From Minutocellus sp. GHC0000111 (lineage: Eukaryota), in assembly GCA_977018835.1 (NCBI GenBank), contig OZ361257.1, positions 310,001 to 374,000 on the forward strand: 64,000 nt of DNA. The letters are read 5' to 3'. The position numbers and the translations under genes were made by a program. Within the stretch, counting starts at the first letter, position 1. Each line of letters begins with the position of its first letter. The notes under the pieces are model-generated. The model was not told where the DNA came from and ran no database searches. It saw only the letters and a list, made by a program, of their open reading frames with translations. Shown here in pieces: positions 32,870-43,155 of this stretch.

Positions 32870-33931
32870 CTAATCCGAGCTCTCAGCAGCAGCGTTTTCG
32901 TGCCCAGCACACCTCTCATCGCGCTTCATTTGAATCTTCCTGCACCTCTCGACATGAGTAGGATACATGACAGCCTGACAGCCGACACTGCAGTACCGAT
33001 CAATGTGACATCCACCACATCGCTTGGTCGGGACGCCAACCTCATTCGGACAATCCGGATTGGTGCAGGGCTTGGCCTTGTAGTAGCAGGTGAGGCATCG
33101 AACAGGGATTGTTTTCTTGTCGACCCCTTTCGATTTCATTTCAGCGCCGGCCTTGACGAAGCTTTGGAGATGAATATCATCAATGCACTCGTAGCAGACC
33201 ATGGCCTTGCAGCTTTCGCAATACAACATTGAATCTGGAGTAGCTGATCGGAGTGCAGCTGTCGCTGAGTAAATATCAGAAGACAAAAGGGGAAGGCCAT
33301 CCTTCGCTTTTTCCCTCACCGCGAGGACTGCCTTGGCTCCTTCTGTTCTAGCATGCTCCTTCACGCACACCCTGCATTGCACCTTGAAGCAAAGGGAGCA
33401 AACATGGAGGCCCGTGGCCCTTTCAGCACTGATAGCACATCGGTAGCACTCCCGCGCCGCACAGCCATCGGCGTTGCATATCCGAATGGGCAGGACATCG
33501 AGTCGAAAATCCCCGCCGAGGACTTCTTGGAGCTTGTTGGTGTCGAGCCTGCAAAGATTGACCCTCTCCTTGGCAAGACCGGCCTTTTCACACAGATCGT
33601 CCAAAGTACGCCCCGAACGGCACTGGGAGCACCTGCGCATAGGGCAGATGCACCCCTTTCCTCCGCCATTCCAGCAGTCGTCAAAATCCTTGCGCTCACA
33701 TCGCCAGCAGTAGATATCGGAACAACCGAGGCAAGCATTCGCCTTGTCAGCGTCCTTGATTTTGGCCAGGCATCGGATGCACTTGAGCTTGTTCTGCTTG
33801 CTGCTGCCGCCGCCGCTGGTCGAAACGCCATCGACTGGAGACCTACCAGTAGAGCTCGAGGCCAAAGAAGGGGTGGCCTTGGTGGACCCACCGCCCCCGG
33901 CCTTCGCCTTGGTCTTGGACTTCTTCCCCAT
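32870..33931 (-). CDS. Cys-rich MYND zinc-finger protein (paralog B, copy 2)
   Basis: Identical translation to 26334-27395. Confidence 0.8.
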   Translation of the reverse strand: MGKKSKTKAKAGGGGSTKATPSLASSSTGRSPVDGVSTSGGGSSKQNKLKCIRCLAKIKDADKANACLGCSDIYCWRCERKDFDDCWNGGGKGCICPMRRCSQCRSGRTLDDLCEKAGLAKERVNLCRLDTNKLQEVLGGDFRLDVLPIRICNADGCAARECYRCAISAERATGLHVCSLCFKVQCRVCVKEHARTEGAKAVLAVREKAKDGLPLLSSDIYSATAALRSATPDSMLYCESCKAMVCYECIDDIHLQSFVKAGAEMKSKGVDKKTIPVRCLTCYYKAKPCTNPDCPNEVGVPTKRCGGCHIDRYCSVGCQAVMYPTHVERCRKIQMKRDERCAGHENAAAESSD

Positions 33932-34062
33932 TGTTGTTGTTGACTTTTGCTTGAGTCGAGTCGAAGTCAAGGTGGACTGGTCCCGCTGCGGGATCAAGTC
34001 AACAAAAAGCCAAAGCACCTGCTCAGCCATCATTCCTGACTGACCGCTCGGCTCCGGCCAAG

Positions 34063-36759
34063 ATGGCGTCCTCCAGCGACGACAACGGCGGCGGATCGTC
34101 CGCCACCCCCACCCCCACCTCCCATCACTACACCCTCTCCCAAACGCTGGCCTCGGACGGTTCCCCCATCCGCTCGCTGTGCACCATCCCCACCGGCCCT
34201 CCGACCTCGTCGTTCGTCGGATCTCCCACCTGCGCCGATGGGTACCAGCTGCTGTGCGGGAGCTACGATGGGTTGCTGACCAGTCATACATTGCTGGCGG
34301 CCAGCGGGTACATGGTCGCCCAGACGGTGTTGCAGCCTAATGAGGAGGGTGGCAGACATCCGCATTACGTGGGGGCCATGCTGCCCATCCCCGCTGCTGG
34401 TGGTAGTGGAAGTGCAGGAAGTAGTACATTCGGCGAACCTCTGGCGGGTGGATACATCACGGGATGTCGCGATGGGATCATCCGAGTCTTTGGCCCCGAC
34501 CACGCCCCCCTCAAGGAGCTGAGGGGACACGCCAACAACGTGTCGAGCCTGGCGTGGTTGGAGCTGGCTGCGACTTCGGATGGCGGTAGTAATAGTGGTG
34601 GAAACAACATCCCGCCCCTCCTCCTCAGCGGTTCGTGGGACGGCACGGCCAGGATTTGGAATTTGCAGACCGGTTCCTGCCTGGCCACCCTCGACAATCA
34701 CGAGAATGGCGTCGAGGTGGCCGGATTGCCACCCGTATCTCCCTCTGGTGCTGGTGCTGCCGATGCCAGCAGCAGCGCAGGAGGAGGAGGAGGAGGGCTC
34801 ATCGGCAGGCTCGTCACGACGTCCGCCGGTATCGCCCAGGGCAACGTCATTAGCAACCACCGGGTGCGAATCTTTGCCATCGGCCTCCCCACCCTGACCA
34901 GTCCCGTCGCCACCGCCCACCTCCTCCACACCGTATCCAACGATCACGGCGGTCCCATCCGGTCCGTCGCCTACGACGCCGATACCGATTCCATCCTCAC
35001 GGCGTCCAACGACGGCACGGTCAAGATCCGCGACGGCGGCACCGCCCAATGCCACACGACGTTGACGCATCCCGCGACGTTTACGTCTAGTGACGGACAG
35101 CCGCCCATGTTGCTCGATGTGACGTGCCTGGGAGGCGGTAGATACGCCTGCACCGCCGAGGACGGGACGTGCGTCCTCTGGTACACCCAGCACAATGCTA
35201 ATGACGGTGCGGGGGAACCGCAAACCTTGGACCATCCCAGTTCGGTGTGGACCGTCCGTCCCCTCCCCAACGGCGACATCGTGACGGGATGTCAGGACGG
35301 ATTCCTGCGCATCTACACCACTGCTGCTGATCGGTTCGCCCCGCCCGAGGAGGTGGCGGCCCTCGCGGATGCCGTGGCGGCCTCCCGCACCAAAAAGTCC
35401 AGTGGACCGTCTCCCGAGGAGATTGCCGCGTTGCCCAAGTGGGAGCTGTGCGCGCTGACCCAGGGCCGGTCCGAGGGGCAGGTGCAAATGTTCAACAAGG
35501 ACGGGGTGGCGATCGCCGCCCAGTGGTCCGCGGCCAGCGGGACGTGGATCGAGATCGGGGAGGTCACGGGCACCAACGAGAATGCCGGCACCATCGACGG
35601 GGTGACGTACGATCACGTCTTCCCCATCGAGATTGAGGATCCCGCCACCGGGGGGGTTCGGAAGCTTCGGATCGGGTACAACAACGGCGAGAATCAGTTC
35701 GTGGTGGCCCAGAGATTCATCGATGCGAATGAGCTGCCGCAGTACCATCTGGCGCAGATTGCCGATTACATCCGGCAGAGGGCGGGGGCTGACGCCGGAC
35801 CGGCCACGCTGGGGATGGAGGCGGCACCGGCTGCTGCGGCGGCTGCTCCAGCAGCTCCAGCGGCAGCGGAACCGATGGATATTGCGCCTGTGCCGCAGCC
35901 ATCGGCTTACTCCCATCTGCCTGTTCAGGGATACAAGTCGTTCGCGACTGGAGCCACCGAACAGGGCTTGGGCAAGATCGTTGCAAAGGCACGAGAGTTC
36001 AACTCCACTTTCACGACGAATCTAACCACCGAGGAGATTGGACCGACGTTGGATACGCTGTGCCAAACGTTGGCGGAGACCAATCGGTATCATGCCAGCA
36101 AGATATCCGACGAAGAAATGGCGGCGGTGGGCAAGATGGTCCGTCACTGGGATGCCGAGCGGGTCTTCCCCGCCCTGGATTTGGCGAGGCTTCTGGCCGT
36201 CCATCCCGATGCGGCCACCTCCCGGAGGGAGACTTTTTGGACGGAGGTGGTGGCGTCGTCCCTGACCAAGTGCAAGGAGGAGGTGAGTGGTACGGCAGCG
36301 GTTGCCGTCCCAATGCTTACCATGCGCCTTTGCGCCAACTGCTTCAAGGGGGGCTTAGGGTCGATCAAGGCCGTCACAGGACAGTTGTTGGATGTGCTGC
36401 AGTGTGCCGAGGACCTTGCCTCCTCGACCAACAAGAATGTTCGGCTGGCAGTATCGACGGTGATTCTCAATGCTGCTTCCTACGGTGTATCCAACGGCGG
36501 CATGGATCCTGAATCTGCGAAGAAGATTCTGTCCGTCGTTGGTACCATTGTTGGTTCCAGCCTCTACGAGAGTGAGGGCGTCGTCCGAGCCCTCGTGGCT
36601 TTGGGATCTACCCTCCTCATTCCTGGAGCAGGCGGTGAAGCCGCCAAGGAGGAGGCCAAGTCGCTCCACTTTGATTCGATGGTGGGCCACGCTGCCAACG
36701 CACATGGCGACAAGGCCAAGGGCGTGGCCGATGAGATTTGCCTGATATTGAAGAGTTGA
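34063..36759 (+). CDS. PLAA: PLAA/DOA1/UFD3, copy 2
   Basis: Identical 898-aa translation to 27527-30223. Confidence 0.95.
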   Translation: MASSSDDNGGGSSATPTPTSHHYTLSQTLASDGSPIRSLCTIPTGPPTSSFVGSPTCADGYQLLCGSYDGLLTSHTLLAASGYMVAQTVLQPNEEGGRHPHYVGAMLPIPAAGGSGSAGSSTFGEPLAGGYITGCRDGIIRVFGPDHAPLKELRGHANNVSSLAWLELAATSDGGSNSGGNNIPPLLLSGSWDGTARIWNLQTGSCLATLDNHENGVEVAGLPPVSPSGAGAADASSSAGGGGGGLIGRLVTTSAGIAQGNVISNHRVRIFAIGLPTLTSPVATAHLLHTVSNDHGGPIRSVAYDADTDSILTASNDGTVKIRDGGTAQCHTTLTHPATFTSSDGQPPMLLDVTCLGGGRYACTAEDGTCVLWYTQHNANDGAGEPQTLDHPSSVWTVRPLPNGDIVTGCQDGFLRIYTTAADRFAPPEEVAALADAVAASRTKKSSGPSPEEIAALPKWELCALTQGRSEGQVQMFNKDGVAIAAQWSAASGTWIEIGEVTGTNENAGTIDGVTYDHVFPIEIEDPATGGVRKLRIGYNNGENQFVVAQRFIDANELPQYHLAQIADYIRQRAGADAGPATLGMEAAPAAAAAAPAAPAAAEPMDIAPVPQPSAYSHLPVQGYKSFATGATEQGLGKIVAKAREFNSTFTTNLTTEEIGPTLDTLCQTLAETNRYHASKISDEEMAAVGKMVRHWDAERVFPALDLARLLAVHPDAATSRRETFWTEVVASSLTKCKEEVSGTAAVAVPMLTMRLCANCFKGGLGSIKAVTGQLLDVLQCAEDLASSTNKNVRLAVSTVILNAASYGVSNGGMDPESAKKILSVVGTIVGSSLYESEGVVRALVALGSTLLIPGAGGEAAKEEAKSLHFDSMVGHAANAHGDKAKGVADEICLILKS

Positions 36760-36838
36760 TATAGGGTGGTAAGATAAGTAGTTCTAGCTAATCTCGATTC
36801 TACCTCGATAGTTTGTATGAATACCCATTACTTTCATT

Positions 36839-37621
36839 CTATGCAGCTCGAGGACCATGGGGACGAAACGACTTGGTGTCAAGGTCGGAGACAGAGGACG
36901 AAAGGGCAGCATATGATGCCTGGTGATCTGCATCATCGAGCGAACATTTTTTGCCTTCCGAGGAAGTAGACGAAGAGTCATCATTAATTTCTTCTTCTTC
37001 CAGTCCAAGTGATGCAAAAAACTCGATGGTGCTGAACGACTGCCGCCGGCTGTTATTACTAGAAGCAGCAGCCTTGTTGATGGAATTGTGCTCCTTTCCT
37101 CGACCATTTGTCTGGTTTGACGCTGCTGCATCAGAACTTTCTTCTGCGCTACTTTTTTCTCGTACGAGATCATCATAGGCAAAAAGCGATGATCGGCGGC
37201 GAGATGCTCGGTAGGTGGAACAACTGTTGTTACCATCACTGATTGATGATCGTCGACTGTCCTGTGAAAACAGGGAGCTTCGTCGTCTCGGCGAAGAGCA
37301 GATATGTGTGGGAATCTGCGCGAGGCTGTCGCTACTGTCGGCGGTGGTAGTCACAACCTCGTCGGCGATGGATGTGGATATTGATGAGTGCAGCGTAGAA
37401 ATGGATGACAGTCGCTTCTTGAAGAATCCCCGAAAGCCAGATGACGACGAAACTTCAAACTCGCTGTTCTTCGTTTCTTCCTTCTCCATCTCTTTTCTGT
37501 AGGCGGCGAGGGTGTCTACCTGGCCTTCTTCGGCCCGCAGATCGGCCCGGAGGGTGAGAGTCTCGCGAAGGATTTGCTCTCGAAGAGCAGTGCGGGGTGA
37601 AATGGAGCGCGAGGAGGACAT
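36839..37621 (-). CDS. Hypothetical Ser-rich disordered protein, copy 2
   Basis: Identical to 30303-31085. Confidence 0.55.
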   Translation of the reverse strand: MSSSRSISPRTALREQILRETLTLRADLRAEEGQVDTLAAYRKEMEKEETKNSEFEVSSSSGFRGFFKKRLSSISTLHSSISTSIADEVVTTTADSSDSLAQIPTHICSSPRRRSSLFSQDSRRSSISDGNNSCSTYRASRRRSSLFAYDDLVREKSSAEESSDAAASNQTNGRGKEHNSINKAAASSNNSRRQSFSTIEFFASLGLEEEEINDDSSSTSSEGKKCSLDDADHQASYAALSSSVSDLDTKSFRPHGPRAA

Positions 37622-38213
37622 GTTGCTGCTTGCAGAAAAGTTGTTGAGTGTATCGCTTCAAAAGAAATAATAGAATGAGAGGTTTGGATTCATTTCGATT
37701 ATGACTTACAGACTGCAAGACAGTAAATTGCAAGTGACAGTGCCAAGATCAAAATGCACACAAAGCCACGCCACGCCACCCAATCCCTGAATTTCACGAG
37801 CAGCACATTACAGTCGGGATTGACTGTCCATGGTCCGAAGATGACCGGGCAACATTTATGCCGATGGCAAGGCCTACAGATGAAAATACTTATGTCCAAA
37901 TACTGACGTGGATGAAAAACAGAAAGTCTGAGCGTCGGTGGGAAGTCAAACATCAAGACGCAACACACCAGCAACACACCAGCCCTTCGCGAACTTCTGC
38001 CCTCAACCTCACCGACCACCGAGGCCAGTGTGTCCTACGTAGCTACATCCAGCTTTTTTGGCCTGTCCCATATTTGACGACCAACTTGATAAACCTCACA
38101 AAGCTTTCTTATATGCAATGCCTCATTGCTACTTCTAGCCTACCGGTAATGGAAACTCTAGTCTCTAGGAGTAATGATATTGCTTGCAGAGGACAACTTT
38201 TGTCAGGCAAAAA

Positions 38214-38996
38214 ATGAAGCGCAACATGAACTCCTTTTCCAGCCTCACCGATTTGAGTGAGTCACTTCGCATGGAATTCGCTGATAGTAGCAACGTCCAT
38301 GACGACGCCGATCTTTGTGTCGATGCCGTCAAAGTGCTTTACAAACCGGGCATGTCGCTTCGTAGGATGACATCGTCAGGCTGTGACTCCTCCTCCAGCT
38401 CCCTACATTCCAATTCTTCTTGGCTTGATCTCGAAAGCGTGAAGCTCGAGACCAACACAAAACAACGAACCACCAAGAAGACGGAGGTGGACAAGACCTC
38501 GGGCACCGAACCAACTCCTTCATCTGGGAGCAAGCCTACAACCACTACAATTCCACGGACACGCCGACGTCATTCTACTTTGACTTGCAGTGAATCAAAT
38601 TTGGACAACGCTGACGGTGGCCACAAACGCGGCATACGCCCTAGTCTACGCCTTCAATCTCAATGGATCAACAGCTCGCGAGATGTCTTCAATACATCTT
38701 CCTCGAGTGACGAGGGTCCGTCGGCCCTACAACAATTCTTCGCCGATAGGCAACTTGTTCGCGAGACCAGCAGGGGAAGCAATTCAGCCGATGCTACTTC
38801 GTCTCATAACGAAGGCTCAACTCTTCCATCTGCCAAAGACCTGACCAAAATGGTCAAGAAGGACAGTCTTTCTCAGTCGCGTCCAGTGAAGCGACGCGGA
38901 TCGTTCGAGCTGCTCAAGGAGACCTTTATGAGCAGCATGCAAAACCTTTCAGACGAGTTGGACCTTCAAGATTTATCTCAAGAGGTCGATTGTTGA
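38214..38996 (+). CDS. Hypothetical Ser/Thr-rich protein, copy 2
   Basis: Identical to 31678-32460. Confidence 0.55.
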   Translation: MKRNMNSFSSLTDLSESLRMEFADSSNVHDDADLCVDAVKVLYKPGMSLRRMTSSGCDSSSSSLHSNSSWLDLESVKLETNTKQRTTKKTEVDKTSGTEPTPSSGSKPTTTTIPRTRRRHSTLTCSESNLDNADGGHKRGIRPSLRLQSQWINSSRDVFNTSSSSDEGPSALQQFFADRQLVRETSRGSNSADATSSHNEGSTLPSAKDLTKMVKKDSLSQSRPVKRRGSFELLKETFMSSMQNLSDELDLQDLSQEVDC

Positions 38997-39164
38997 TTTC
39001 TAGTCTAGTACATGGCATGTGCAAATAAATGAATTTTATAAATCGACCACACACGCACATACACACACATTAACATTATACATTGCTATTATGTGACGCA
39101 GCACGTGGACGTTATCCATGCTATATACTACCTACTATGTACTACCCCATATATTTCTAAGTAG

Positions 39165-41194
39165 CTACGCTCTCCACGAGCTGGAAATATCACAGTGCCG
39201 GAGCCAAGGGCATTCTGTGAAAAGAGTCTCCATCACCGTTTTTCTAGCTGCATCATCCACATCCGAGGAGGATGCATTCACCAAGAAGCGATAACGCTTG
39301 TCGTCGTCTGAGCGAAATTTGTAGATGGCATCCACGATGGATCGAAGGCGAGGCAATACAACTGACTGGAAGTTGGAGCGGTGCTGCATGGCTGGATCAT
39401 CGAGTTTGATGCGAGTCACGAGAATGTTTAGCTCAGTATTGTTCGTATCGGATTTGCCGTGCTTCTCGTCCTTCTCTTGGGTCCCAGCACCTTGACCGTG
39501 ATTCATATCACCCTTGTCATCTCCATTGCTTGTGCATCTAGCCTTTGTTTCATTCTCGGTCCCATTCTCCTTCTCAACTAATTTGGATTCCCCCGTAGCA
39601 TTGTCACCGTCGTTGTTGTCCCCGACGGTTTTGCTTTCCGCTACATATCCAAAGTCAGTAAGTTTGGGATGTGGCTTTGCCTCCTTCTTGCCCTCCCCCT
39701 TCTCCTCCTTTTTCTTTGGTTTGGATGCCTTTCTCTTCTTCTCTGATCGAAGAACTTGCACAAGATCTGCCTCATCCGTCCCATGCATCAAGCAGTACAC
39801 CGTTGATTGAATTTGATCGTAGAGAGGCGGTGGATTATAGAGCTTTCTCATCCGGTGCTTGCATTCTACCACAATTGGTCGTAACGCCCAGCTCTCTTGC
39901 TCAGAATCTTGATTATTACTATCTCCAGTCGAGGCTGCGGGCGGCACATAAAATAATTCGTCACGGATCCCATCGATGCTTCCCAGTATGCTAAAGAATG
40001 GGCGTGATTTCTGTTTCTTTGTTCTGGAAGCTCTGAGTCGTCCATATTGCCAGGTTTTTTCATTGCATCAGCCTTTTCTACATCGTTGTCTACATCATCC
40101 GTCAAATCTACACAGACTGGAGGCTCTGATGACTTGCCTACCCCGTCACTACTATCAGCAGAATCTTCGTCAGCGTTACCATATAGTTTTTTTGCCAAGC
40201 CAAGCGGAACGGCTGTTGGCTCATTGACCGATGCCGGGTGCAATTCTTCATCACTGCCCTCTTCCCCACGAACAAAGTCCCAGCAATATATCCCCTCATT
40301 CCTTTCCCTCACCTCACATCCATATCGCCTCTCGTACAGATCCAGCGCCTCGTTCTCGTGGTGTGTCCCAAAATTAGTGTCCACTGCGCTTCGGATACCT
40401 TCGTTGAGCATTTTTACTTCCCCTGATGATAGCTTGGCCTTGCTCGTCTTAGGTAGCTTCTTCTGGACCTCGTTAATCTTGGCCAGCGTTTCAGTCTTCA
40501 TTTTCGTAGCACCTGCAACAGTGGACGGTGGCTTGGCCTCTCCACGTTGGATTTTGGTGATTTGTTTCACGGCAGTCTGTATTTCCTTTGCTTCGGCTTT
40601 ATCCTTTGCCGTTTTGGCCACCTCAGTCGCGGACTTTGCCGCCTTTGTGAGAAGTTCCTCCATGGCCGTGTCGCGACTTACCAGCTCCATCCCCAGCAGG
40701 CTGGCGTCTTGAGAGAGCAGTATCTGCCCTGCATATCCTTGATAAATTAGGTCCAGGATGAGAGTTGGCAGATCGGCGTAGGGGTTGAAACCGGTGAGAG
40801 CTGCAATTCGTGAGGCCGATAACCGCAGCGAGTCCTTTCGTGTGCGATGAGCGGCAGCTACGAGGGCAAGCTGTTGCTCACGCTGAACCTGCAGCTCGAA
40901 AGCAATATCTGCCAGAAAAGATGTGTCCTTTTCGGGCGTATCAGCGGTGAGATCCACGGTACTGTTGCCTCCACTCTCCGTGTTGCCTCGTTTGCGTTTG
41001 GTGCCGCTGCTGCCATCATTTGTATTGGTCGTTGCTTCGGATGGGGACGATCGACCAGCACCAACGTCAATCTCATCTCCCCGACCCATCTTGTCTTTGG
41101 TTCCAGCTTCCTCACTAGCGTTTCCATCACAAATAGGCTCAGTGGTGCCGGCGTTCGCAGCCTCCTGCTTCTCCCCGGCACCGGCACTCTCCAT
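39165..41194 (-). CDS. YqaJ-like / lambda-exonuclease-type PD-(D/E)xK nuclease (one frameshift near 40019)
   Basis: LRLSASRIAALTGFNPY, NFGTHHENEALDLYE, then after +1 A: KSRPFFSILGSIDGIRDELFY..IVVECKHR..PPLYDQIQSTVYCLM. This is the ordered YqaJ motif set. Confidence 0.75.
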
Positions 41195-42575
41195 CGTTGC
41201 AAAAAATGGATGCAATTCCGTAATACAATTGGTCCGAGTAGGGAAAATCCCTACGTCTTTCTGCATGATGTGTCCACACGTCATCACCAAGCAGTCGAGC
41301 CACTGCCGTGGCAGGCCAAGCAAAACCCGCCGCGGTTGCTTCGGCACCGTACCGGTACCGTACCGGTAACTTCTAAAAGTGCAATACACGGGCAATATCG
41401 TCTCTATTTTGTGTGATATTCCTATTCGAAGTGTTCTTAGTGGCATCTTACCATCGATCAACAGTGTGTTGGTATCCGACATGCGCCTGCCTGCTTCGTC
41501 TGACGATGCCCGCGATGATGAGGATATGGCATGGAGTTCAAAATCTGTTTCTCCCAACTGGTCGCTGTCACAATAGCTTCCGCAACCCCCCCCTCCGCTC
41601 AAAGGCAGTGAACAGAGTGGTCGCAGCCGCCTGCGAGCTGCATGATTTGTAGAAGAGCCAAAACGAACGAAGGGGTCAGTAAAAAGTCAATAAACATCAA
41701 GCCTCTAAAGCCAAACTATTGACCAGGGACATGTTCATGTGCATTCGTTCAGGTAAATATAGGAAAACAAAAGCTTTCTACATCGCCCAGGCATCGCCCA
41801 TTTTAGGCTCCGCCCTTTTTAACGGACTCGTAGTGAGCTGGGTAGGTTGTCATCACAACGAATATATTTGTTGCTCATGTACAAGATCTCTCAGTGGCTG
41901 GCAATACCGACACGCAACAAGAAAGCCTCGAAAATCAAAGTTACGCCGCACAAACCAAAAATATCGATCATGACAATAGTTTACTTGAATGTTTCTCTCT
42001 CACAGTATTATCAGCCTGGGGCGGCATCCACTCAAGGTGATGAATCATTTCGGTATTTATTTGGTTTGTTTGGTTTGTGCATTGTATCTCATTTGATTTT
42101 CCGAGGCAGCAAAAAGACATTCAAATCACAACTGAGACATCACATGACGTACCTGGATGGTTGCTAGCTTGGTGCCAGGCGGGAAGGAAGCCGCAGGGCT
42201 TCATTTCCTTGGAATGAGATCACCTGTTCAACAAATGGAATAGTGGGCGAGAAAAAGGCATAGCTGCATTGTGAGTCTTGAGATGAACAATTAAAGTTAT
42301 TACCACAACACAAATCAGGTGCACATAACTTCGATCAGAAGTATGAGATTGGTTCATCAAATGCCCAAGCCGCCGATGAGCAGACATGGGCTCAAGAAGG
42401 GGAATCCGAATCCACTCTATTTCATCAATTCGAAGGCTGCATGCAAAATGAACGGTTTGTGCTCACACAAGATGTAGATAAAGACATTTCCACGACGTAT
42501 GATTCTTACCTCTTGCGAATACCAGCTTGGAACGGTCTGAGACAAGAAGTGGCGTGTGCAACTGCGCCTTGCCAG

Positions 42576-42619
42576 GCATGCACCACATGCATGCATGCAC
42601 CACATGCATGCATGCACCA
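42576..42619. repeat. 17-bp tandem repeat, about 2.6 copies (gcatgcaccacatgcat)
   Basis: Read directly from the sequence. Confidence 0.8.
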
Positions 42620-42648
42620 ATGGGTTATTGAAAAGTGTACAAGTAATC

Positions 42649-42981
42649 TCAATCTCCAGTAGCACCATCGTTGTTGGCATCCGAGCAGCACTTGGTCCAG
42701 GCAGCCACAACGGGGGCCAGGCAATCTACCTTCCCAGCGGTATGGGTGGGACCTGATTCCTCGGCAGCAGCAGCAGCAGCCGCCGCACCGCTGCTACTCT
42801 CCCGAGCGGCACGGATGCTGTCGATGCAGGCCACGATGGCAGCCTGCTGGCTTTGGCACTGCTTCGCGCACTGGGAGTTGCTCGCGTCGCCGGGCTTGGC
42901 GGCGCCAACTACCTGGGCGTTGGCGGCCAGCATCTCCACGAGGGCATTGCCTCCGGTGGCGGCACTCGCATCGGAGGACAT
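42649..42981 (-). CDS. Small twin-Cys (CX9C/CX10C, CHCH-like) protein
   Basis: MSSDASAATGG..CQSQQAAIVAC..CLAPVVAAWTKCC; GC-rich codon use; head-to-head with the next gene. Confidence 0.6.
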   Translation of the reverse strand: MSSDASAATGGNALVEMLAANAQVVGAAKPGDASNSQCAKQCQSQQAAIVACIDSIRAARESSSGAAAAAAAAEESGPTHTAGKVDCLAPVVAAWTKCCSDANNDGATGD

Positions 42982-43155
42982 GGCTGCTACAATCGTCACC
43001 GGCGTAGTTCGCTCATGGTCGCGAGGCGAGGGTTGTGTGTGGCTGGAAAAGCTCGAGAAAAATTTACTGGTCAGCGTCCTGTCCGCTGTCCGTCGATGCG
43101 ATCGACGCGACGGGCACTCTGCAACTCACCTGCCTGACTGCCTGTTTTTGGAGCC

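Larger units (their letters stand above)
26295..39370. repeat. Direct tandem duplication, 6,536-bp unit (26295-32830 and 32831-39366), TGGA microhomology
   Basis: All ORFs recur at an offset of exactly 6536 with identical translations. Left flank gtta|TGGA tgagg, junction ctgac|TGGA tgagg, right flank ctgac TGGA|agttg. Confidence 0.97.

Noticed and set aside
42036..42140. Box C/D snoRNA candidate (GTGATGA ... CTGA)
   Set aside because: No terminal stem or recognisable rRNA guide; such motifs occur by chance.
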